Shown: piece by piece, positions 24,860 to 38,114 of the stretch | Layout of the letters: each line of letters opens with the position of its first letter | Position numbering within the stretch: position 1 is the first letter of the stretch | From: the human T2T-CHM13v2.0 reference genome, Homo sapiens | Reading direction: 5' to 3' (one strand) | Assembly (NCBI RefSeq): GCF_009914755.1 | Contig: NC_060925.1 | DNA: 64,000 nucleotides | The notes under the pieces: generated by a model | Seen by the model: only the letters and a program-made list of their open reading frames with translations | Databases searched by the model: none | What the model was told of the DNA's origin: nothing | Translations under genes and position numbers: made by a program

Positions 24860-27578
24860 AATTCTCAGTAACTTCCTTGTGTTGTGTGTATTCAACTGAC
24901 AGAGTTGAACTTTCATTTAGAGAGAGCAGATTTGAAACACTGTTTTTGTGGAATTTGCAAGTGGAGATTTCAAGCGCTTTGGGGCCAAAGGCAGAAAAGG
25001 AAATATCTTCGTATAAAAACTAGACAGAATCATTCTCAGAAACTGCTGCGTGATGTGTGCGTTCAACTCTCAGAGTTTAACTTTTCTTTTCATTCAGCAG
25101 TTTGGAAACACTCTGTTTGTAAAGTCTGCACGTGGAAATTTTGACCACTTAGAGGCCTTCGTTGGAAACGGGTTTTTTTCATGTAAGGCTAGACAGAAGA
25201 ATTCCCAGTAACTTCCTTGTGTTGTGTGCATTCAACTCACAGAGTTGAACGTTCCCTTAGACAGAGCAGATTTGAAGCACTCTATTTGTGCAATTTGCAA
25301 GTGTAGTTTTCAAGCTCTTTTAGGTCAACGGCAGAAAAGGAAATATCTTGGTTTCAAAACTAGACAGAATCATTCCCACAAACTGCGTTGTGATGTGTTC
25401 GTTCAACTCACAGAGTTTAACCTTTCTGTTCATAGAGCAGTTAGGAAACACTCTGTTTGTAAAGTCTGTAAGTGGATATTCTGACATCTTGTGGCCTTCG
25501 TTGGGAACGGGATTTCTTCATATTCTGCTAGACAGAAGAATTCTCAGTAACTTCCTTGTGTTGTGTGTATTCAACTCACAGAGTTGAACGATCCTTTACA
25601 CAGAGCAGACTTGAAACATTCTTTTTGTGGAATTTGCAAGTGGAGATTTCAGCCGCTTTGAGGTCAATGGTAGAATAGGAAATATCTTCCTATAGAAACT
25701 AGACAGAACGATTCTCAGAAACTCCTTTGTGATGTGTGCGTTCAACTCACAGAGTTTAACCTTTCTTTTCATAGAGCAGTTAGGAAACACTCTGTTTGTA
25801 AAGTCTGCAAGTGGATATTCAGACCTCTTTGAGGCCTTCGTTGGAAACGGGATTTCTTCATATTCTGCTAGACAGAAGAATTCTCAGTAACTTCCTTGTG
25901 TTGTGTGTATTCAACTCACAGAGTTGAACGATCCTTTACACAGAGCAGACTTGAAACACTCTTTTTGTGGAATTTGCAAGTGGAGATTTCAGCCGCTTTG
26001 AGGTCAATAGTAGAAAAGGAAATATCTTCGTAGAAAAACTAGACAGAATGATTCTCAGAAACTCCTTTGTGATGTGTGTGTTCAACTCACAGAGTTTAAC
26101 CTTTCTTTTCATAGAGCAGTTAGGAAACACTCTGTTTGTAAAGTCTGCAAGTGGATATTCAGACCTCGTTGAGGCCTTCGTTGGAAACGGGATTTCTTCA
26201 TATTCTGCTAGACAGAAGAATTCTCAGTAACTTCCTTGTGTTGTGTTTATTCAACTCACAGAGTTGAATGATCCTTTACACAGAGCAGACTTGAAACACT
26301 CTTTTTGTGGAATTTGCAAGTGGAGATTTCAGCCGCTTTGTGGTCAATGGTAGAAAAGGAAATATCTTCGTATAAAGACTAGACAGAATGATTCTCAGAA
26401 ACTCCTTTGTGATGTGTGCGTTCAACTCACAGAGTTTAACCTTTCTGTTCATAGAGCTGTTAGGAAACACTCTGTTTGTAAAGTCTGCAAGTGGATATTC
26501 AGACCTCCTTGAGGCCTTCGTTGGAAACGGGATTTCTTCATATTCTGCTAGACAGAAGAATTCTCAGTAACTTCCTTGTGTTGTGTGTATTCAACTCACA
26601 GAGTTGAACGATCCTTTACACAGAGCAGACTTGAAACACTCTTTTTGTGGAATTTGCAAGTGGAGATTTCAGCTGCTTTGAGGTCAATGGTAGAAAAGGA
26701 AATATCTTCGTATAAAGACTAGACAGAATGATTCTCAGAAACTCCTTTGTGATGTGTGCATTCAACTCACAGAGTTTAACTTTTCTTTTCATAGAGCAGT
26801 TAGGAAACACTCTGTTTGTAAAGTCTGCAAGTGGATATTCAGACCTCTTTGAGGCCTTCGTTGGAAACGGGATTTCTTCATATTATGCTAGACAGAAGAA
26901 TTCTCAGTAACTTCCTTGTGTTGTGTGTATTCAACTCACAGAGTTGAACGATCCTTTACACAGAGCAGACTAGAAACATTCTTTTTGTGGAATTTGCAAG
27001 TGGAGATTTCAGCCGCTTTGAGGTCAATGGTAGAATAGGAAATATCATCCTATAGAAACTAGACAGAACGATTCTCAGAAACTCCTTTGTGATGTGTGCG
27101 TTCAACTCACAGAGTTTAACCTTTCTTTTCATAGAGCAGTTAGGAAACACTCTGTTTGTAAAGTCTGCAAGTGGATATTCAGACCTCTTTGAGGCCTTCG
27201 TTGGAAACGGGATTTCTTCATATTCTGCTAGACAGAAGAATTCTCAGTAACTTCCTTGTGTTGTGTGTATTCAACTCACAGAGTTGAACGATCCTTTACA
27301 CAGAGCAGACTTGAAACACTCTATTTGTAGAATTTGCAAGTGGAGATTTCAGCCGCTTTGAGGTCAGTAGTAGAAAAGGAAATATCTTCGTGGAAAAACT
27401 AGACAGAATGATTCTCAGAAACTCCTTTGTGATGTGTGTGTTCAACTCACAGAGTTTAACCTTTCTTTTCATAGAGCAGTTAGTAAACACTCTGTTTATA
27501 AAGTCTGCAAGTGGATATTCAGACCCCTTTGAGGCCTTCGTTGGAAACGGGATTTCTTCATATTATGCTAGACAGAAG
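24860..27578 (+). repeat. HOR variant, 16-mer (2719 bp): XY-A-B-C-E-F-D (each left-type dimer once)
   Basis: Anchor spacing 24884->27603. Confidence 0.87.
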
Positions 27579-30500
27579 AATTCTCAGTAACTTCCTTGTG
27601 TTGTGTGTATTCAACTGACAGAGTTGAACTTTCATTTAGAGAGAGCAGATTTGAAACACTGTTTTTGTGGAATTTGCAAGTGGAGATTTCAAGCGCTTTG
27701 GGGCCAAAGGCAGAAAAGGAAATATCTTCGTATAAAAACTAGACAGAATCATTCTCAGAAACTGCTGCATGATGTGTGCGTTCAACTCTCAGAGTTTAAC
27801 TTTTCTTTTCATTCAGCGGTTTGGAAACACTCTGTTTGTAAAGTCTGCACGTGGAAATTTTGACCACTTAGAGGCCTTCGTTGGAAACGGGTTTTTTTCA
27901 TGTAAGGCTAGACAGAAGAATTCCCAGTAACTTCCTTGTGTTGTGTGCATTCAACTCACAGAGTTGAACGTTCCCTTAGACAGAGCAGATTTGAAACACT
28001 CTATTTGTGCAATTTGCAAGTGTAGTTTTCAAGCTCTTTTAGGTCAACGGCAGAAAAGGAAATATCTTGGTTTCAAAACTAGACAGAATCATTCCCACAA
28101 ACTGCGTTGTGATGTGTTCGTTCAACTCACAGAGTTTAACCTTTCTGTTCATAGAGCAGTTAGGAAACACTCTGTTTGTAAAGTCTGTAAGTGGATATTC
28201 TGACATCTTGTGGCCTTCGTTGGGAACGGGATTTCTTCATATTCTGCTAGACAGAAGAATTCTCAGTAACTTCCTTGTGTTGTGTGTATTCAACTCACAG
28301 AGTTGAACGATCCTTTACACAGAGCAGACTTGAAACATTCTTTTTGTGGAATTTGCAAGTGGAGATTTCAGCCGCTTTGAGGTCAATGGTAGAATAGGAA
28401 ATATCTTCATATAGAAACTAGACAGAACGATTCTCAGAAACTCCTTTGTGATGTGTGCGTTCAACTCACAGAGTTTAACCTTTCTTTTCATAGAGCAGTT
28501 AGGAAACACTCTGTTTGTAAAGTCTGCAAGTGGATATTCAGACCTCTTTGAGGCCTTCGTTGGAAACGGGATTTCTTCATATTCTGCTAGACAGAAGAAT
28601 TCTCAGTAACTTCCTTGTGTTGTGTGTATTCAACTCACAGAGTTGAACGATCCTTTACACAGAGCAGACTTGAAACACTCTTTTTGTGGAATTTGCAAGT
28701 GGAGATTTCAGCCGCTTTGTGGTCAACGGTAGAAAAGGAAATATCTTCGTATAAAGACTAGACAGAATGATTCTCAGAAACTCCTTTGTGATGTGTGCGT
28801 TCAACTCACAGAGTTTAACCTTTCTGTTCATAGAGCTGTTAGGAAACACTCTGTTTGTAAAGTCTGCAAGTGGATATTCAGACCTCCTTGAGGCCTTCGT
28901 TGGGAACGGGATTTCTTCATATTCTGCTAGACAGAAGAATTCTCAGTAACTTCCTTGTGTTGTGTGTATTCAACTCACAGAGTTGAACGATCCTTTACAC
29001 AGAGCAGACTTGAAACATTCTTTTTGTGGAATTTGCAAGTGGAGATTTCAGCCGCTTTGAGGTCAATGGTAGAATAGGAAATATCTTCATATAGAAACTA
29101 GACAGAACGATTCTCAGAAACTCCTTTGTGATGTGTGCGTTCAACTCACAGAGTTTAACCTTTCTTTTCATAGAGCAGTTAGGAAACACTCTGTTTGTAA
29201 AGTCTGCAAGTGGATATTCAGACCTCTTTGAGGCCTTCGTTGGAAACGGGATTTCTTCATATTCTGCTAGACAGAAGAATTCTCAGTAACTTCCTTGTGT
29301 TGTGTGTATTCAACTCACAGAGTTGAACGATCCTTTACACAGAGCAGACTTGAAACACTCTTTTTGTGGAATTTGCAAGTGGAGATTTCAGCCGCTTTGA
29401 GGTCAATAGTAGAAAAGGAAATATCTTCGTAGAAAACTAGACAGAATGATTCTCAGAAACTCCTTTGTGATGTGTGTGTTCAACTCACAGAGTTTAACCT
29501 TTCTTTTCATAGAGCAGTTAGGAAACGCTCTGTTTGTAAAGTCTGCAAGTGGATATTCAGACCTCGTTGAGACCTTCGTTGGAAACGGGATTTCTTCATA
29601 TTCTGCTAGACAGAAGAATTCTCAGTAACTTCCTTGTGTTGTGTTTATTCAACTCACAGAGTTGAATGATCCTTTACACAGAGCAGACTTGAAACACTCT
29701 TTTTGTGGAATTTGCAAGTGGAGATTTCAGCCGCTTTTTGGTCAATGGTAGAAAAGGAAATATCTTCGTATAAAGACTAGACAGAATGATTCTCAGAAAC
29801 TCCTTTGTGATGTGTGCGTTCAACTCACAGAGTTTAACCTTTCTGTTCATAGAGCTGTTAGGAAACACTCTGTTTGTAAAGTCTGCAAGTGGATATTCAG
29901 ACCTCCTTGAGGCCTTCGTTGGAAACGGGATTTCTTCATATTCTGCTAGACAGAAGAATTCTCAGTAACTTCCTTGTGTTGTGTGTATTCAACTCACAGA
30001 GTTGAACGATCCTTTACACAGAGCAGACTTGAAACATTCTTTTTGTGGAATTTGCAAGTGGAGATTTCAGCCGCTTTGAGGTCAATGGTAGAATAGGAAA
30101 TATCTTCCTATAGAAACTAGACAGAACGATTCTCAGAAACTCCTTTGTGATGTGTGCGTTCAACTCACAGAGTTTAACCTTTCTTTTCATAGAGCAGTTA
30201 GGAAACACTCTGTTTGTAATGTCTGCAAGTGGATATTCAGACCTCTTTGAGGCCTTCGTTGGAAACGGGATTTCTTCATATTCTGCTAGACAGAAGAATT
30301 CTCAGTAACTTCCTTGTGTTGTGTGTATTCAACTCACAGAGTTGAACGATCCTTTACACAGAGCAGACTTGAAACACTCTTTTTGTGGAATTTGCAAGTG
30401 GAGATTTCAGCCGCTTTGAGGTCAATGGTAGAAAAGGAAATATCTTCGTATAAAGACTAGACAGAATGATTCTCAGAAACTCCTTTGTGATGTGTGCGTT

Positions 30501-31316
30501 CAACTCACAGAGTTTAACTTTTCTTTTCATAGAGCAGTTAGGAAACACTCTGTTTGTAAAGTCTGCAAGTGGATATTCAGACCTCTTTGAGGCCTTCGTT
30601 GGAAACGGGATTTCTTCATATTATGCTAGACAGAAGAATTCTCAGTAACTTCCTTGTGTTGTGTGTATTCAACTCACAGAGTTGAACGATCCTTTACACA
30701 GAGCAGACTAGAAACATTCTTTTTGTGGAATTTGCAAGTGGAGATTTCAGCCGCTTTGAGGTCAATGGTAGAATAGGAAATATCTTCCTATAGAAACTAG
30801 ACAGAACGATTCTCAGAAACTCCTTTGTGATGTGTGCGTTCAACTCACAGAGTTTAACCTTTCTTTTCATAGAGCAGTTAGGAAACACTCTGTTTGTAAA
30901 GTCTGCAAGTGGATATTCAGACCTCTTTGAGGCCTTCGTTGGAAACGGGATTTCTTCATATTCTGCTAGACAGAAGAATTCTCAGTAACTTCCTTGTGTT
31001 GTGTGTATTCAACTCACAGAGTTGAACGATCCTTTACACAGAGCAGACTTGAAACACTCTATTTGTAGAATTTGCAAGTGGAGATTTCAGCCGCTTTGAG
31101 GTCAGTAGTAGAAAAGGAGATATCTTCGTGGAAAAACTAGACAGAATGATTCTCAGAAACTCCTTTGTGATGTGTGTGTTCAACTCACAGAGTTTAACCT
31201 TTCTTTTCATAGAGCAGTTAGTAAACACTCTGTTTATAAAGTCTGCAAGTGGATATTCAGACCCCTTTGAGGCCTTCGTTGGAAACGGGATTTCTTCATA
31301 TTATGCTAGACAGAAG
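27579..31316 (+). repeat. HOR variant, 22-mer (3738 bp): XY-A-C-A-B-C-A-E-F-D
   Basis: Anchor spacing 27603->31341. Confidence 0.85.
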
Positions 31317-34035
31317 AATTCTCAGTAACTTCCTTGTGTTGTGTGTATTCAACTGACAGAGTTGAACTTTCATTTAGAGAGAGCAGATTTGAAACACTGT
31401 TTTTGTGGAATTTGCAAGTGGAGATTTCAAGCGCTTTGGGGCCAAAGGCAGAAAAGGAAATATCTTCGTATAAAAACTAGACAGAATCATTCTCAGAAAC
31501 TGCTGCGTGATGTGTGCGTTCAACTCTCAGAGTTTAACTTTTCTTTTCATTCAGCGGTTTGGAAACACTCTGTTTGTAAAGTCTGCACGTGGAAATTTTG
31601 ACCACTTAGAGGCCTTCGTTGGAAACGGGTTTTTTTCATGTAAGGCTAGACAGAAGAATTCCCAGTAACTTCCTTGTGTTGTGTGCATTCAACTCACAGA
31701 GTTGAACGTTCCCTTAGACAGAGCAGATTTGAAACACTCTATTTGTGCAATTTGCAAGTGTAGTTTTCAAGCTCTTTTAGGTCAACGGCAGAAAAGGAAA
31801 TATCTTGGTTTCAAAACTAGACAGAATCATTCCCACAAACTGCGTTGTGATGTGTTCGTTCAACTCACAGAGTTTAACCTTTCTGTTCATAGAGCAGTTA
31901 GGAAACACTCTGTTTGTAAAGTCTGTAAGTGGATATTCTGACATCTTGTGGCCTTCGTTGGGAACGGGATTTCTTCATATTCTGCTAGACAGAAGAATTC
32001 TCAGTAACTTCCTTGTGTTGTGTGTATTCAACTCACAGAGTTGAACGATCCATTACACAGAGCAGACTTGAAACATTCTTTTTGTGGAATTTGCAAGTGG
32101 AGATTTCAGCCGCTTTGAGGTCAATGGTAGAATAGGAAATATCTTCATATAGAAACTAGACAGAACGATTCTCAGAAACTCCTTTGTGATGTGTGCGTTC
32201 AACTCACAGAGTTTAACCTTTCTTTTCATAGAGCAGTTAGGAAACACTCTGTTTGTAAAGTCTGCAAGTGGATATTCAGACCTCTTTGAGGCCTTCGTTG
32301 GAAACGGGATTTCTTCATATTCTGCTAGACAGAAGAATTCTCAGTAACTTCCTTGTGTTGTGTGTATTCAACTCACAGAGTTGAACGATCCTTTACACAG
32401 AGCAGACTTGAAACACTCTTTTTGTGGAATTTGCAAGTGGAGATTTCAGCCGCTTTGAGGTCAATAGTAGAAAAGGAAATATCTTCGTAGAAAAACTAGA
32501 CAGAATGATTCTCAGAAACTCCTTTGTGATGTGTGTGTTCAACTCACAGAGTTTAACCTTTCTTTTCATAGAGCAGTTAGGAAACACTCTGTTTGTAAAG
32601 TCTGCAAGTGGATATTCAGACCTCGTTGAGACCTTCGTTGGAAACGGGATTTCTTCATATTCTGCTAGACAGAAGAATTCTCAGTAACTTCCTTGTGTTG
32701 TGTTTATTCAACTCACAGAATTGAATGATCCTTTACACAGAGCAGACTTGAAACACTCTTTTTGTGGAATTTGCAAGTGGAGATTTCAGCCGCTTTGTGG
32801 TCAATGGTAGAAAAGGAAATATCTTCGTATAAAGACTAGACAGAATGATTCTCAGAAACTCCTTTGTGATGTGTGCGTTCAACTCACAGAGTTTAACCTT
32901 TCTGTTCATAGAGCTGTTAGGAAACACTCTGTTTGTAAAGTCTGCAAGTGGATATTCAGACCTCCTTGAGGCCTTCGTTGGAAACGGGATTTCTTCATAT
33001 TCTGCTAGACAGAAGAATTCTCAGTAACTTCCTTGTGTTGTGTGTATTCAACTCACAGAGTTGAACGATCCTTTACACAGAGCAGACTTGAAACACTCTT
33101 TTTGTGGAATTTGCAAGTGGAGATTTCAGCCGCTTTGTGGTCAATGGTAGAAAAGGAAATATCTTCGTATAAAGACTAGACAGAATGATTCTCAGAAACT
33201 CCTTTGTGATGTGTGCGTTCAACTCACAGAGTTTAACCTTTCTGTTCATAGAGCTGTTAGGAAACACTCTGTTTGTAAAGTCTGCAAGTGGATATTCAGA
33301 CCTCCTTGAGGCCTTCGTTGGAAACGGGATTTCTTCATATTCTGCTAGACAGAAGAATTCTCAGTAACTTCCTTGTGTTGTGTGTATTCAACTCACAGAG
33401 TTGAACGATCCTTTACACAGAGCAGACTTGAAACATTCTTTTTGTGGAATTTGCAAGTGGAGATTTCAGCCGCTTTGAGGTCAATGGTAGAATAGGAAAT
33501 ATCTTCATATAGAAACTAGACAGAACGATTCTCAGAAACTCCTTTGTGATGTGTGCGTTCAACTCACAGAGTTTAACCTTTCTTTTCATAGAGCAGTTAG
33601 GAAACACTCTGTTTGTAAAGTCTGCAAGTGGATATTCAGACCTCTTTGAGGCCTTCGTTGGAAACGGGATTTCTTCATATTCTGCTAGACAGAAGAATTC
33701 TCAGTAACTTCCTTGTGTTGTGTGTATTCAACTCACAGAGTTGAACGATCCTTTACACAGAGCAGACTTGAAACACTCTTTTTGTGGAATTTGCAAGTGG
33801 AGATTTCAGCCGCTTTGAGGTCAATAGTAGAAAAGGAAATATCTTCGTAGAAAAACTAGACAGAATGATTCTCAGAAACTCCTTTGTGATGTGTGTGTTC
33901 AACTCACAGAGTTTAACCTTTCTTTTCATAGAGCAGTTAGGAAACACTCTGTTTGTAAAGTCTGCAAGTGGATATTCAGACCCCTTTGAGGCCTTCGTTG
34001 GAAACGGGATTTCTTCATATTATGCTAGACAGAAG
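31317..34035 (+). repeat. HOR variant, 16-mer (2719 bp): XY-A-B-C-C-A-B/D hybrid
   Basis: Anchor spacing 31341->34060. Confidence 0.85.
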
Positions 34036-37000
34036 AATTCTCAGTAACTTCCTTGTGTTGTGTGTATTCAACTGACAGAGTTGAACTTTCATTTAGAGAG
34101 AGCAGATTTGAAACACTGTTTTTGTGGAATTTGCAAGTGGAGATTTCAAGCGCTTTGGGGCCAAAGGCAGAAAAGGAAATATCTTCGTATAAAAACTAGA
34201 CAGAATCATTCTCAGAAACTGCTGCGTGATGTGTGCGTTCAACTCTCAGAGTTTAACTTTTCTTTTCATTCAGCGGTTTGGAAACACTCTGTTTGTAAAG
34301 TCTGCACGTGGAAATTTTGACCACTTAGAGGCCTTCGTTGGAAACGGGTTTTTTTCATGTAAGGCTAGACAGAAGAATTCCCAGTAACTTCCTTGTGTTG
34401 TGTGCATTCAACTCACAGAGTTGAACGTTCCCTTAGACAGAGCAGATTTGAAACACTCTATTTGTGCAATTTGCAAGTGTAGTTTTCAAGCTCTTTTAGG
34501 TCAACGGCAGAAAAGGAAATATCTTGGTTTCAAAACTAGACAGAATCATTCCCACAAACTGCGTTGTGATGTGTTCGTTCAACTCACAGAGTTTAACCTT
34601 TCTGTTCATAGAGCAGTTAGGAAACACTCTGTTTGTAAAGTCTGTAAGTGGATATTCTGACATCTTGTGGCCTTCGTTGGGAACGGGATTTCTTCATATT
34701 CTGCTAGACAGAAGAATTCTCAGTAACTTCCTTGTGTTGTGTGTATTCAACTCACAGAGTTGAACGATCCATTACACAGAGCAGACTTGAAACATTCTTT
34801 TTGTGGAATTTGCAAGTGGAGATTTCAGCCGCTTTGAGGTCAATGGTAGAATAGGAAATATCTTCATATAGAAACTAGACAGAACGATTCTCAGAAACTC
34901 CTTTGTGATGTGTGCGTTCAACTCACAGAGTTTAACCTTTCTTTTCATAGAGCAGTTAGGAAACACTCTGTTTGTAAAGTCTGCAAGTGGATATTCAGAC
35001 CTCTTTGAGGCCTTCGTTGGAAACGGGATTTCTTCATATTCTGCTAGACAGAAGAATTCTCAGTAACTTCCTTGTGTTGTGTGTATTCAACTCACAGAGT
35101 TGAACGATCCTTTACACAGAGCAGACTTGAAACACTCTTTTTGTGGAATTTGCAAGTGGAGATTTCAGCCGCTTTGAGGTCAATAGTAGAAAAGGAAATA
35201 TCTTCGTAGAAAAACTAGACAGAATGATTCTCAGAAACTCCTTTGTGATGTGTGTGTTCAACTCACAGAGTTTAACCTTTCTTTTCATAGAGCAGTTAGG
35301 AAACACTCTGTTTGTAAAGTCTGCAAGTGGATATTCAGACCTCGTTGAGACCTTCGTTGGAAACGGGATTTCTTCATATTCTGCTAGACAGAAGAATTCT
35401 CAGTAACTTCCTTGTGTTGTGTTTATTCAACTCACAGAATTGAATGATCCTTTACACAGAGCAGACTTGAAACACTCTTTTTGTGGAATTTGCAAGTGGA
35501 GATTTCAGCCGCTTTGTGGTCAATGGTAGAAAAGGAAATATCTTCGTATAAAGACTAGACAGAATGATTCTCAGAAACTCCTTTGTGATGTGTGCGTTCA
35601 ACTCACAGAGTTTAACCTTTCTGTTCATAGAGCTGTTAGGAAACACTCTGTTTGTAAAGTCTGCAAGTGGATATTCAGACCTCCTTGAGGCCTTCGTTGG
35701 AAACGGGATTTCTTCATATTCTGCTAGACAGAAGAATTCTCAGTAACTTCCTTGTGTTGTGTGTATTCAACTCACAGAGTTGAACGATCCTTTACACAGA
35801 GCAGACTTGAAACACTCTTTTTGTGGAATTTGCAAGTGGAGATTTCAGCCGCTTTGTGGTCAATGGTAGAAAAGGAAATATCTTCGTATAAAGACTAGAC
35901 AGAATGATTCTCAGAAACTCCTTTGTGATGTGTGCGTTCAACTCACAGAGTTTAACCTTTCTGTTCATAGAGCTGTTAGGAAACACTCTGTTTGTAAAGT
36001 CTGCAAGTGGATATTCAGACCTCCTTGAGGCCTTCGTTGGAAACGGGATTTCTTCATATTCTGCTAGACAGAAGAATTCTCAGTAACTTCCTTGTGTTGT
36101 GTGTATTCAACTCACAGAGTTGAACGATCCTTTACACAGAGCAGACTTGAAACATTCTTTTTGTGGAATTTGCAAGTGGAGATTTCAGCCGCTTTGAGGT
36201 CAATGGTAGAATAGGAAATATCTTCATATAGAAACTAGACAGAACGATTCTCAGAAACTCCTTTGTGATGTGTGCGTTCAACTCACAGAGTTTAACCTTT
36301 CTTTTCATAGAGCAGTTAGGAAACACTCTGTTTGTAAAGTCTGCAAGTGGATATTCAGACCTCTTTGAGGCCTTCGTTGGAAACGGGATTTCTTCATATT
36401 CTGCTAGACAGAAGAATTCTCAGTAACTTCCTTGTGTTGTGTGTATTCAACTCACAGAGTTGAACGATCCTTTACACAGAGCAGACTTGAAACACTCTTT
36501 TTGTGGAATTTGCAAGTGGAGATTTCAGCCGCTTTGAGGTCAATAGTAGAAAAGGAAATATCTTCGTAGAAAAACTAGACAGAATGATTCTCAGAAACTC
36601 CTTTGTGATGTGTGTGTTCAACTCACAGAGTTTAACCTTTCTTTTCATAGAGCAGTTAGGAAACACTCTGTTTGTAAAGTCTGCAAGTGGATATTCAGAC
36701 CTCGTTGAGGCCTTCGTTGGAAACGGGATTTCTTCATATTCTGCTAGACAGAAGAATTCTCAGTAACTTCCTTGTGTTGTGTTTATTCAACTCACAGAGT
36801 TGAATGATCCTTTACACAGAGCAGACTTGAAACACTCTTTTTGTGGAATTTGCAAGTGGAGATTTCAGCCGCTTTGTGGTCAATGGTAGAAAAGGAAATA
36901 TCTTCGTATAAAGACTAGACAGAATGATTCTCAGAAACTCCTTTGTGATGTGTGCGTTCAACTCACAGAGTTTAACCTTTCTGTTCATAGAGGTGTTAGG

Positions 37001-38114
37001 AAACACTCTGTTTGTAAAGTCTGCAAGTGGATATTCAGACCTCCTTGAGGCCTTCGTTGGAAACGGGATTTCTTCATATTCTGCTAGACAGAAGAATTCT
37101 CAGTAACTTCCTTGTGTTGTGTGTATTCAACTCACAGAGTTGAACAATCCTTTACACAGAGCAGACTTGAAACACTCTTTTTGTGGAATTTGCAAGTGGA
37201 GATTTCAGCCGCTTTGAGGTCAATGGTAGAAAAGGAAATATCTTCGTATAAAGACTAGACAGAATGATTCTCAGAAACTCCTTTGTGATGTGTGCGTTCA
37301 ACTCACAGAGTTTAACTTTTCTTTTCATAGAGCAGTTAGGAAACACTCTGTTTGTAAAGTCTGCAAGTGGATATTCAGACCTCTTTGAGGCCTTCGTTGG
37401 AAACGGGATTTCTTCATATTATGCTAGACAGAAGAATTCTCAGTAACTTCCTTGTGTTGTGTGTATTCAACTCACAGAGTTGAACGATCCTTTACACAGA
37501 GCAGACTAGAAACATTCTTTTTGTGGAATTTGCAAGTGGAGATTTCAGCCGCTTTGAGGTCAATGGTAGAATAGGAAATATCTTCCTATAGAAACTAGAC
37601 AGAACGATTCTCAGAAACTCCTTTGTGATGTGTGCGTTCAACTCACAGAGTTTAACCTTTCTTTTCATAGAGCAGTTAGGAAACACTCTGTTTGTAAAGT
37701 CTGCAAGTGGATATTCAGACCTCTTTGAGGCCTTCGTTGGAAACGGGATTTCTTCATATTCTGCTAGACAGAAGAATTCTCAGTAACTTTCTTGTGTTGT
37801 GTGTATTCAACTCACAGAGTTGAACGATCCTTTACACAGAGCAGACTTGAAACACTCTATTTGTAGAATTTGCAAGTGGAGATTTCAGCCGCTTTGAGGT
37901 CAGTAGTAGAAAAGGAAATATCTTCGTGGAAAAACTAGACAGAATGATTCTCAGAAACTCCTTTGTGATGTGTGTGTTCAACTCACAGAGTTTAACCTTT
38001 CTTTTCATAGAGCAGTTAGTAAACACTCTGTTTATAAAGTCTGCAAGTGGATATTCAGACCCCTTTGAGGCCTTCGTTGGAAACGGGATTTCTTCATATT
38101 ATGCTAGACAGAAG
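34036..38114 (+). repeat. HOR variant, 24-mer (4079 bp): XY-A-B-C-C-A-B-C-E-F-D
   Basis: Anchor spacing 34060->38139. Confidence 0.85.
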
